The notes under the pieces: generated by a model
What the model was told of the DNA's origin: nothing
Seen by the model: the letters and a program-made list of their open reading frames with translations, nothing else
Database searches by the model: none
Shown here: piece after piece, positions 18,757-34,814 of the stretch
Position numbering within the stretch: the first letter of the stretch is position 1
Layout: the number at the start of each line of letters is the position of its first letter
Program-made: the position numbers and the translations under genes
DNA from: the human T2T-CHM13v2.0 reference genome, Homo sapiens
Length of the DNA: 64,000 nt
NCBI RefSeq assembly: GCF_009914755.1
Contig: NC_060947.1
Direction: 5' to 3' (one strand)

Positions 18757-21700
18757 AAAGAAAATAAAGGACTCAAATATTACCACTACACAAAACCACC
18801 AAACTGTAATGATAAATGACAAGAGAGAGAGAAAAAAAACAAAGAATATACAAAACAACCAGAAAAAAATAACAAAATGACAGAAATAAGTCTTCACATG
18901 TAAACATAAACAGATTAAATATTCCACTTAAAAGACATACACTGGATGAATAGACTTAAAAAACATAATCCAACTACATAGTACTTACAAGAGACTCACC
19001 TCACTAGTAAAGACACATATAGACTGAAATGGGTTGATAAAGATATTTCACACAAACGGAAACCAAAAGTGAGCAGGATTAGCTATAATCATATAAGACA
19101 AAACAGACATTAAATCAAAAAAAGTGAAAAAAGGACTAAAACTATCATTATATAATGACAGATCAACCCAGCAAAAAAGATATAACAATCCTAAATATAT
19201 ATGCACCCAATACTGGAGCATCCAGATTCATAAAGCAAACATTACTAGATCTAAAGGTAGAGACAGACTGCAGTGCAATAATAGGAAGGAACTTTAACAT
19301 CCCACTGTCAACATTAGATAGATAATCTAGACAGAAAATCAACAAATAAACATTAGACTTAAACTGGACTTTAGACCAAATGAACCAAACAGACATTTAC
19401 AGAACATTCTATCCAACAACTACAGAATATACATTCATCAGCACATGGAATATTCTCCAGGATGGACCATATGTCAGGCCACAAAATGTCTCAATAAATT
19501 TAACACAATGAAAATCATACCAAGGATATTCTCAGGCCACAATGAAATCAAATCAACTATAAATAAACACCAAGAGGAACTTTAGAAACTGCATAAATAC
19601 ATAAAAATTAACCAACATGCTCCTGAACAACCAATGGTCAATAAAGAATTTAAGAAGAAAAAAAATTCTTGAAACAAATGAAAATTGAAACATAACATAC
19701 ATAAACCTGTGGGATACAGCAAAAGCAGCACTAAGAGGCAAGCTTATAGCAATAAATGCCTACATGAAAAAAGTAGGAAAATGACAAATTAACAATCTAA
19801 TAATGTATGTGAAGCTGCTAGAAAAGCAAGAACAAACCAAATACCAAATTAGCAGAAAAAGGAAGTAATAAAGAACAGAACTAAATGAAATACAGACTAA
19901 AAAATACAAAGCATCATGATTGAAAAAGTTGGTTTTTGTTAAATTGATAAACTGCCAGCTAGACTAACCAAAAAAGTAGAAGACCCAAACAAACAAATTA
20001 GAAATGAAAAAGGACACATTAAGTCATATATGTAAGAAATACAAAAGATTACCAGAGACCATTATGTACAACTGTATGCTGACAAACTGATAAACCTAGA
20101 GGAAATGGATAAGTTCCAGGAAACATACAATGTGCTGAGACTGAATTGGGAAGAAATAGAAAACATGAACAGACCAATAATGAGTAGCAAGATTGAGTCA
20201 GTAATAAAAAAGTCTCCCAATGAAGAAAAGCACAGGACTGGACAAATTCACTGACAAATTCTACCAGAAGAACTAATACCAATTCTCCTGAAACTATTCT
20301 AAAAAATGGAAGAGGAGAGAACTCTCCTTAACTCATTCTATGAGGCCAGCACCACCCTGATACAAAAACCAGACAAGAACACACACATAGAAGAAAACTA
20401 CAGGCCAATATTTCTGATGAACATAGATACAAAAACTCTTGACAAAATACTAGCAAACTGAATCCAATAGCATATCAGAAAGATAATACACCATGATCAA
20501 GTGGGATTTATACCAGTGATACAAGAATGGTTCAACATGTGCAAATCAATAACCTCAATATATGACATCCATAGAATAAAGGACAAAAAACATATCATCA
20601 TCTCAATAGATACAGAAAAAGCATTTGATAAAATTCAACACCCCTTCATGATAAAACCTCTCAACAAATGGGGCATAGAAGGAAAATATGTCAAAATAAT
20701 AAAGGCTATATATGACAAACCCACAGCTGATATCATGCTGAATAGGGAAAAATTGAAAGCCTTTCCTCCAAGAAATGGAAAAAAACAAGAATGCCCACTT
20801 TCACCACTCCTATTCAACATAGTATTGGAAGTCCTAGGTATGGCAATCAGGCAAGAGAAAGAAATAAAAGGCATCCAAATTGGGAAAAAGGAAGTAAAAT
20901 TGTCCCTTTTTACTGGTGCCATGATCTTGTATCTAGTAAAACCTAAAAACTCCACCAAAAAATTCTTAGATTTGATAAGTAAATTCAGTAAAGTTCCAGG
21001 TTAAAAACATCAACACTAAAAAATATGTAGCATTTCTATACACCAATAATGATCTACCCACAAAAGAAATGAAGATGGCAATTCCATTTACAATAGCTAA
21101 AAATTAAAATATCTAGGAATAATTTTAATCAAGGAGGTGGAAGATCTTTACAATGAAAACTACAAAATGCTAATGAAAGGAATTGAAAATGATAAAAATA
21201 TATGGGAAAACATCTCATGCTCATGGATCAGAAGAATGAATATTATTAAAATTGTGATTTTCCCAAAGTAACCTACAGATTCAATGCAATCCCTGTCAAA
21301 ATACCAATGTCATTTTTCACAGAATTACAAAAAAAGAATACTAAAATTCACATGTAACCAAAAAAGATTCCATATAGCCAAAGCAATTCTGAGCAAAAAG
21401 AACAAAGCTAGAGGCATCACATTACCTGACTTTGAAATATATTACAAGGCTATAGTAACCAAAATAGCATGTTATGGTATAAAAATAGACACACAGAGCA
21501 ATGGTCAGAATAGAGAACCTAGAAATAAATTCACATATTTACTGCCAGCTGATCTTTGACAAAGTTCACAAGAACATTGGGGAAAGGACACCTTTTTCAA
21601 TTAATGGTACTGGGAAAATTGGACAGCCATATGCAGAAGAATGAAACTTGATCCTTATCTCTCACTGTATACAAAAATCAACTCAAAATGGACTGAAGAC

Positions 21701-22865
21701 TTAAACATAATACTCAAAACTATAAAAATAATAAGAGAAAACCTAGGGAAAATTCTTCTGGACATTGTTCTAGACAAATAATTTATGATTGAGATGTCAA
21801 AAGCACAGGCAATAGAAACAAAAATAGACAAATAGGACTCAAGTAAACTAAAAAGCTTCTGCACAGCAAAAGAAATGAGTGAAGAGACAACCTTTTGAAT
21901 GAGAGGAAATGTTTGCAAACTTCAACAGGGGACTAATATCCAGAATATACAAGGAAATCAAACAACTCAACAATAAAAAAAATCTCATAAAATATGGGCA
22001 AAGGGCATGGCCAAAATGTACATAAAGAAATGCTCAACTTTACTAATCAACAGAGAAATGCAAACCAAAACCAAAATGAGATATCATCTCACCTCAGTCA
22101 GAATTGCTATTATTAAAAAGACAAAAAAAAATTAACAGACGTTGGCAAGGATGTGGAGAAAAAGGAACTCTTATACACTGTTTTTGGGAGTATAAATATA
22201 GCCACTATGGAAAACAGCATGGAGATTTCTGAAAAAACCAAAAGTAGCACTACCATAAGATCCAAAAATCTCACTAATTGGCATTTATCCAAAGCACGAG
22301 AAATCAGTATGTCAAAGGGATACCTGCACTCTCATGTTTATTATTGCATTATTCACAATAGACAAGGTATGGAATCGATCTAAGTGTCCATCAACAGATA
22401 AATGGATAAAGAAAGTGTGGTATACATACACAATGAAATAGTATTCAGCCATTAAAGAGAATGAAATCCTGTCATTTGGAACAACATGGATGGAACTGGA
22501 GTTGTTATGTCAAGTGAAATAAGCCAGGCACAAAAAGACAAAAATAGCATGTTCTCACTTATATGTGGGAGTTAAAAAAGTTGATCACATGAAGATAGAG
22601 AATGGAAAGAGAGATAACAGAGACTGGGGAGGGTGATTGGGAGGAGAAGGGAAGATGAAGAGAAGTGTGTTAAAAAGTACACACATAAATAAGATAGAAG
22701 GAATAAATTCAATGTTTGATAGAAGAGCAGGGTGACTATAGTTACAAAAATGTATTGTATTTGGGTTATGGACACCGTAGATACCTTGACTTTATCACTA
22801 TGCATTACATACACATAATAGAATTTCATATGTATCCCATAATTTGTACTGATAAAAAAATTTAA
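18757..22865 (+). mobile_element. L1MA-type element: inter-ORF region, decayed ORF2 and 3' UTR
   Basis: RT-domain remnant in ORF 20501..21004 and an L1MA 3' UTR ending in an A-rich tract near 22860. Confidence 0.87.
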
Positions 22866-22882
22866 AAGAAAGTGAACCATCA

Positions 22883-23180
22883 GGCCAGGCGCAGTGGCTC
22901 ACGCCTGTAATCCCAGCACTTTGGGAGGCCGAGGCCGGTGGATCACAAGGTCAGGAGATTGAGACCATCCTGGCTAACACGGTGAAACCTCATCTCTACT
23001 AAAATTACAAAAAAAAAAAAAAAAAATTAGCCGGGCGTGGTGGCGGGCATCTGTAGTCCCAGCTACTCGGGAGGCTGAGGCAGGAGAATGGCGTGAACCC
23101 GAGACCCGAGAGGCGGAGCTTGCAGTGAGCCAACATGTGCCACTGCCCTCCAGCCTGGGCGACAGAGCGAGACTCCGTCT

Positions 23181-23221
<41 letters not shown>
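22883..23221 (+). mobile_element. AluY with a 40-nt pure A tail
   Basis: AluY diagnostics, tail 23182-23221, TSD aagaa(a/g)gtgaaccatca. Confidence 0.94.
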
Positions 23222-23223
<2 letters not shown>

Positions 23224-23239
23224 AGAAGGTGAACCATCA

Positions 23240-23625
23240 GAGAGACATTCTCCTGCAGGTTTTAGAGGAAGAGAACAATCAGCCATGTTGCGAAATGCCT
23301 ATACAGAGGGGCAGCCTCTAGTAATTGAATGCCAACCCAACCCCAACAAACAGCTACCCAATAACCTAAGACCTCAGTCATATAGCTGCAAGGAACTGAA
23401 TTCTGCCAAAAACTTGAATGAAGATGGAAGAGTCACCTGGGCCCCATATGATAACTGTGTTCCCGACCAACACCTTGAATGCCACTTTTTGATACCCTCA
23501 GCAGAGGACCTTAGCAGGCTATGCCCAGACAACTGACCAATGGAAGCTGTGAGATAATAAATAGCTGTTGTTTTAAGATACTAAGTTTGTGGTAATTTGT
23601 TACACAGCAATAGAAAATTAATACA
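23240..23625 (+). mobile_element. MLT1-family (MaLR) LTR remnant
   Basis: Ends with the typical ...gtggtaatttgttacacagcaatagaaaattaataca. Confidence 0.75.
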
Positions 23626-24122
23626 GCATGCTTCTTGTTTCTAGACCTATCCTGGGTAGACAGAGATGTGCGGTTGTCATTCAAGTGTAGGCAGTACAGT
23701 TCTGGCCTCTGGTTAACTGCTTGAAGTCTATGTCCTGGCCACTAGCCCTCGTGTTGGGTATGTTCTGTCATTTCGTCAGTGGTGTTAAGGACCAGTCATG
23801 ACCAATCCTTATGAATTACATAGTGTTAGTATCCCATTCCCTCACTCCCATCTCACTATATGTTCCTACTCTATTTCTAGAGCACAGAGAACTTACCTTC
23901 TTGTGTTATGTATGTTATGCAGCTTTTAAAAATTATTTGAAATATTACACATATCATCTTTTTGTATTTGAAGTTGGAGGGGTATGTTTATGCATGTGTG
24001 TCATTTGACATGTAGGCCCAGAAATCCAAAAGTACTTAAATTGGTAAGAATACTAAATCTGCAATAAACAAGCCAGTAAAATAGATTATCTTCAGCAAAA
24101 TAGTATCTTGTAAATGCTGTAC

Positions 24123-24248
24123 CTTGGAGGAGCCAGGGTTTGTTCTAAAAACTCCTCAATTTTAATGAAGTCTGTTTTCAACTCCTTGTTATACACCAGG
24201 AACGGAGGATTGGTACCTGGGGCTAAGTCCTTTAGTTCTTCAGGCTTT
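24123..24248 (-). CDS. CLIC2: CLIC2 coding exon 3 ([41 protein letters not shown])
   Basis: Acceptor AG 24249-24250, donor GT 24121-24122, 126 nt. Visible in ORF 24092..24298. Confidence 0.97.
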
Positions 24249-24373
24249 CTATGATTATTAAAAATAAGCAGAGTTAGGTCTCTAGATAAAGTACACATTA
24301 AATAAACACCAATATTTTATTGGTATCTACCAATCTCAATTCCTAGAATTTAACATGTCCTGATTTCTCTTAC

Positions 24374-24483
24374 CTGGTCATGTCAACAGTTGTCACATTA
24401 AATTTAACTCCTTTAAGCCAGAGGATCATGAAAAGGCGTTGGCAAAAGGGACAGTTTCCAATACTCTCTCCATCACTTCCAGC
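24374..24483 (-). CDS. CLIC2: CLIC2 coding exon 2 ([36 protein letters not shown]), contains the CPFC redox motif
   Basis: Acceptor AG 24484-24485, donor GTAAG 24369-24373, 110 nt, phase consistent with neighbouring exons. Confidence 0.97.
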
Positions 24484-25131
24484 CTATTAAGATAAAGAGA
24501 GACCTCAGTTCATTTGTTTGTTCAATAAGTATGTATTTAGTTCCTAATAGGAAATGAGCCAGTTGCTAGAGACAAACATGGACATTCTTAATCTCATGTA
24601 CTCCATCATCTATGGACAGAGAGATATAGGGAAGCAAATAATCTCATTATATGTAAAGTTACAACTGTGATGGGTACATAATAATAATAATAAATTTTAT
24701 ATATTATCAGAATTTATATAATTTTCCTATTGATAGACATTTAAGATATTCCAAAATTATTACTACTCTAAGCACTTCAGAAACAAACATTTCTGGGCAT
24801 ATAGCTTCTTCCACTTCTGAGATTATATCTTTAAGGTTAATCTTTAAAATGAAAATGGTCAGTAAAATGTATGCACATTTCCCATTTTGATAGATCTTAC
24901 CAAATTTCCTTTCTTTTTTTTTTATTATTATACTTTAAGTTTTAGGGTACATGTGCACATTGTGCAGGTTAGTTACATATGTATACATGTGCCATGCTGG
25001 TGCGCTGCACCCACTAACTCGTCATCTAGCATTAGGTATATCTCCTGATGTTATCCCTCCCCCCTCCCCCCACCCCACAACAGTCCCCAGAGTGTGATAT
25101 TCCCCTTCCTGTGTCCATGTGATCTCATTGT

Positions 25132-28986
<3,855 letters not shown>

Positions 28987-29022
28987 TTAGTTGATGCAGT
29001 TTCTTCCTAGTCTCGATGGTCT

Positions 29023-30039
29023 TTACATTTTGGCATGATTTTGCAGCGGCTGGTACCGGTTGTTCCTTTCCATGTTTAGTGCTTCCTTCAGGAGCTCTTG
29101 TAAGGCAGGCCTGGTGGTGACAAAATCTCTCAGCATTTGCTTGTCTGTAAAGTATTTTATTTCTCCTTCACTCATGAAGCTTAGTTTGGCTGGATATGAA
29201 ATTCTGGGTTGAAAATTCTTTTCTTTAAGAATGTTGAATATTGGCCCCCACTCTCTTCTGGCTTGTAGGGTTTCTGCCGACAGATCCGCTGTTAGTCTGA
29301 TGGGCTTCCCTTTGAGGGTAACCCGACCTTTCTCTCTGGCTGCCCTTAACATTTTTTCCTTCATTTCAACTTTGGTGAATCTGACAATTATGTGTCTTGG
29401 AGTTGCTCTTTTCGAGGAGTATCTTTGTGGCGTTCTCTGTATTTCCTGAATCTGAACGTTGGCCTGCCTTGCTATATTGGGGAAGTTCTCCTGGATAATA
29501 TCCCGCAGAGTGTTTTCCAACTTGGTTCCATTCTCCCCGTCACTTTCAGGTACACCAATCAGACGTAGATTTGGTCTTTTCACATAGTCCCATATTTCTT
29601 GGAGGCTTTGCTCATTTCTTTTTATTCTTTTTTCTGTAAACTTCCCTTCTCGCTTCATTTCATTCATTTCATCTTCCATTGCTGATACCCTTTCTTCCAG
29701 TTCATCGCTTCGGCTCCTGAGCCTTCTGCATTCTTCACGTAGTTCTCGAGCCTTGGTTTTCAGCTCCATCAGCTCCTTTAAGCACTTCTCTGTATTGGTT
29801 ATTCTAGTTATACATTCTTCTAAATTTTTTTCAAAGTTTTCAACTTCTTTGCCTTTGGTTTGAATGTCCTCCCGTAGCTCAGAGTAATTTGATCATCTGA
29901 AGCCTTCTTCTCTCAGCTCGTCAAAGTCATTCTCCATCCAGCTTTGTTCTGTTGCTGGTGAGGAACTGCGTTCCTTTGGAGGAGGAGAGGCGCTCTGCTT
30001 TTTAGAGTTTCCAGTTTTTCTGTTCTGTTTTTTCCCCAT
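29023..30039 (-). pseudogene. L1 ORF1 (338 codons) with one premature stop at codon 49
   Basis: ATG at 30037-30039 (MGKKQNRKTGNSK), TGA at 29893-29895. The remainder is open in the same frame (ORF 29023..29769). Confidence 0.92.
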
Positions 30040-30493
30040 CTTTGTGGTTTTATCTACTTTGGTCTTTGATGATGGTGATGTACAGATGGGTTTTTGGTGG
30101 GGATGTCCTTTCTGTTTGTTAGTTTTCCTTCTAACAGAGAGGACCCTCAGCTGCAGGTCTGTTTGAGTACCCTGCCATGTGAGGTGTCAGTGTGCCCCTG
30201 CTGGGGGGTGCCTCCCAGTTAGGCTGCTCGGGGGTCAGGGGTCAGGGACCCACTTGAGGAGGCAGTCTGCCCGTTCTCAGATCTCCAGCTGCGTGCTGGG
30301 AGAACCACTGCTCTCTTCAAAGCTGTCAGACAGGGACATTTAAGTCGGCAGAGGTTACTGCTGTCTTTTTGTTTGTCTATGCCCTGCCCCCAGAGGTGGA
30401 GCCTACAGAGGCAGGCAGACCTCTTTGAGCTGTGGTGGGCTCCACCCAGTTCGAGCTTCTGGGCTGCTTTGTTTACCTAATCAAGCCTGGGCA

Positions 30494-30796
30494 ATGGCGG
30501 GCGCCCCTCCCCCAGCCTCGCTGCCACCTTGCAGTTTGATCTCAGACTGCTGTGCTAGCAATCAGCGAGACTCCGTGGGCGTGGGACCCTCCGAGCCAGG
30601 TGCGGGATATGTGGTGCGCCGTTTTTTAAGCCCGCCGGAAAAGCGCAGTATTCGGGTGGGAGTGATCCGATTTTCCAGGTGCCATCTGTCACCCCTTTCT
30701 TTGACTCAGAAAGGGAACTCCCTGACCCCTTGCTCTTCCCAAGTGAGGCAATGCCTCGCCCTGCTTCGGCTCGCGCACGGTGCACGCACCCACTGA
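30494..30796 (+). CDS. L1 ORF0-like antisense ORF (MAGAPPPASLPPCSLISDCC...), 100 codons
   Basis: Part of ORF 30425..30796 in the L1 5' UTR. The N-terminus matches primate ORF0 and the C-terminus is longer. Expression unknown. Confidence 0.55.
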   Translation: MAGAPPPASLPPCSLISDCCASNQRDSVGVGPSEPGAGYVVRRFLSPPEKRSIRVGVIRFSRCHLSPLSLTQKGNSLTPCSSQVRQCLALLRLAHGARTH

Positions 30797-31440
30797 CCTG
30801 CGCCCACTGTCTGGCACTCCCTAGTGAGATGAACCCGGTACCTCAGATGGAAATGCAGAAATCACCCGTCTTCTGCGTCGCTCATCCTGGGAGCTGTAGA
30901 CCGGAGCTGTTCCTATTCGGCCATCTTGGCTCCTCCCTCCACCAAATTTCCTTTCTGAAAGGTGCCTTTCCATATGGCCATTGGCCATTTCCTTATTTTG
31001 TGAATTGTTTGTTTATGACAGTTTTTAATTTTTTTATGAAGGTAATGACTTTTTCTTATTGTTTGGAAAAATTATTTGTATTTTAAAGACATTAACTCTT
31101 TGTGATATATGTTACATGTAATTTTAAAAACATGGATTATGTAAAATTTAAATTTACATGAGATCTACCATGCTTTTTCTCTACGTGGTCTGGCTTTTCT
31201 GATCTGCTTATATACATCAAGATTACAAAAAACATATTTCCTTACTTTATTTTTATATTTTGATTTACCATAAGGATTTTCTATCACGTTTTCTTCTAGT
31301 ACCATCATGGTTTAATTTTTGCATTTGTTTCATTTATTTGGATTTTGTTTTGGTGTAAGAAGTGTATGAGGACTTCTTTAGTATTTTTAAATTTTTACAA
31401 ATAGTTAATAGTCTTATGCCTTTCATTAAATAAATCCATC

Positions 31441-31859
31441 TGATATGGTTTGGATATTTGTCCCCTCCAAATCTCATGTTGAAATGTAATCTCCAATGTT
31501 GGAGGTGGGGCCTGGTAGGAGGTGATTGGATCCTGGGGGCGGATCCCTCATTAATGGTTTAGCACCATCATCTTGTTAATAAGTTTGTTCCTGCTCAGTT
31601 AGTTCCCTCGAGATCTGGTTGTTAAAAGTATGTGGCACCTCCCCCCTTGCTCTCTTGTTCCCACTTTCAGCATGGAGACACCTGCTCCCTCTTCACTTTC
31701 CACCATGATTGTAAGCTTCCTAAGGCCCTCACCAGAATCAGATGCCAGCACCATGCTTCTTGTAATATCTGCAGAACTATGAGTCAATTAAACTTTTTTT
31801 CTTTATAATTTACCCAGGCTCAGATTTTTTTTATAGTATTGCAAACACAGCCTGATACA
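31441..31859 (+). mobile_element. MST-family (MaLR) solo LTR
   Basis: TGATATGGTTTGG...TGATACA termini. Confidence 0.85.
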
Positions 31860-31863
31860 TCAT

Positions 31864-32277
31864 TGTATTAGGTCACTCTTGCATTACTCTAAAGAAATAC
31901 TTGAGACTGGATAATTTATAAGAAAAGAGGTTTAATTGGCTCACAGTTCTGCTGGCTGTACAAACATGGCACCAGCATCTGCTCAGCTTCTGGGGAGGCC
32001 TCAGGGAAATTTTACTCATAGCAGAAATTGAACTGGGAGCAGACACTTCACATGGCGAAAGCAGGAGTGAGAGAGAGAGAGAGAGAGTGGGGGATGAGAT
32101 GCCACACTTTACAACAACCAGATCTCATGAGAACTCACTCACTATCATGAGGGCAGCACTAAGCCATGAGAGGTTTGCCCTCATGATCCAAACACTTTCC
32201 ACCATGCCCCACCTCCAGAATTGGGAATTAAAATTTAACATGAGATTTGGGCAAGGAGAAATATCTAAACTATATCA
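31864..32277 (-). mobile_element. MST-family (MaLR) solo LTR, inverted relative to its neighbour
   Basis: tgtattagg...aaactatatca on +, with a (GA)n tract near 32070-32087. Confidence 0.85.
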
Positions 32278-32940
32278 GCCATCATTTTTTCTACTGATGG
32301 AAAACACTTTTTCTGCTTTGAAATTTTATATGCACTTGAGTTTATTGGTGGACCCTCTTTCTTCACTTACTCATTTACTTACCCAATGAATATTCACTGA
32401 ACAAATTATGTGTGTAACATATACCAGACATATACATATATATATACACACCAGATATTAAAATAAAAATATTCCCCCAAATTAACTCTCAGTTTTAAAC
32501 AGAGATAAATTATTTGAAGAAAGGAAGTGCATTTTATGAGTGTATAACAGAGAAACTCTGAGAAATCTATATGGGGTCTGTCAGGGAAGGCCTTCCCTGA
32601 GGAAGTAGCATTTAAACTAAGTTCAAAGGATAAGTAACAGTTAATTAGATGAATGGGCACGAAGAGGGCATTCTAAACAGGGAATAACATGTGCAAAGGT
32701 CTTGCAATAGGCTTGAGCATGGCATGTATAAAGAACTGAAAGAAGGTCAATGTGACTGGAATTCAGAGGAGGGAGAGAAGAGAAAAATTCAATAAGCTGG
32801 GATAGAGCAAAAATAAAATGTCCTGCTTTTCAAAAGAATTATTAAGAAAATAAAAAAGTCCTGTATCTATAACATATAAAAATACAAATAAAGAACACAA
32901 CTCAACAACTAACTACCCAACTTTAAAAATGGGCAAGAGA

Positions 32941-33490
<550 letters not shown>

Positions 33491-34814
33491 CTAAAAAAAA
33501 ATTGAGATAACACAGAGAATTCTATCAGGTAAACCTAACAAAGAGATTGAAATAACTTAAAAGAATCGAGTGGAAATTCTGGAGTTGAAAAATGTAACTG
33601 ACATACCGAAAAATGCATCAAAGTCTTTTAATAGTAGAATTGATCAAGCAGAAGAAAGAATTAATGAGCTTGAAGGCAGGCTATTTTAAAACACACAGAC
33701 GAGAAAAAAGAAAAAAATCATAAAAAAGAATAAAGCATGCCTATGAAATCTACAAAATAGCTTCAAAAGGGCAAATCTAAGAGTTATTGGCCTTAAAGAG
33801 GAGGTAGAGAAAGAGATAGGATAGAAAGTTTATTCAAGGGATATCAACAGAGAACTTCCAAAACCTAGAGAAAGACATTGATATGCAAGTACGAGAATGT
33901 CATAGAACACCAAGTAGATTTAACCCAAAAAAGACTATCTCAGGGCATTTAACGTCCAACTCTCAAAGGTCAAGGATAAAGAAAGGATCTTAAAGCAGCA
34001 AGAGAAAAGAAACTAATAACATACAATGGCACTTCAGTGCGTCTGGAAGCAGACTTTTCAGTGGCAATCTTACAGGTCAGGAGAGAGTGGCATGACACAG
34101 TGAAGGTGTTGAAAGAAAAACACTTTTACCCTAGAATAGTATATCCAGCAAAAACATCCTTCAAACATGGAGAAATAAAAATCTTCCCAGACAAATGAAA
34201 GCTGAGGGCTTTTTATCAACACCAGATATACCCTACAAGAAATGCTAAAGGGAGTACTTCAATCAGAAAAAAAATAAGGTTAATGACAAATAAGTAATCA
34301 CCAGAAGGCATAAAACTCACAGAAAAACACAGAATATTATAATACTGTAACTGTGGTTTGTAAACTACTCTTAAGTAGAAAGACTAAATGATGAACCAAT
34401 CAAAAATAATAACTACAACAATGTTTTGAGACATAGACAGTACAATAAGATACAAGTAAAAAAAACCCTCTGTCTCTACTAAAAATATAAACAATTATCC
34501 AGGCATGGTGGCACGTGCCTGTAGTCCCAGCTACTCAGGAGACTGAGGTAGGAGGATCACCTGAGCTTGGGAAGTCAAGGTTGAAGGGAGCTAAGATTGT
34601 GCCACTGCACTCCAGCCTGGGCAACATGAGTGAGCCCCTGTCTCAAAAATAAAAAAATAAAAATAACTCACACCAATTCTACTCAAACTATTCTGAAAAT
34701 TATAGGTGGAGAAAATACTTCTAATATCATTCTACAAGGCCAGTATTACCATGATACCAAAACCAAAGACACATCAAAAAAGAAAACTATAGGCCAATAT
34801 CACTGATAAATATT

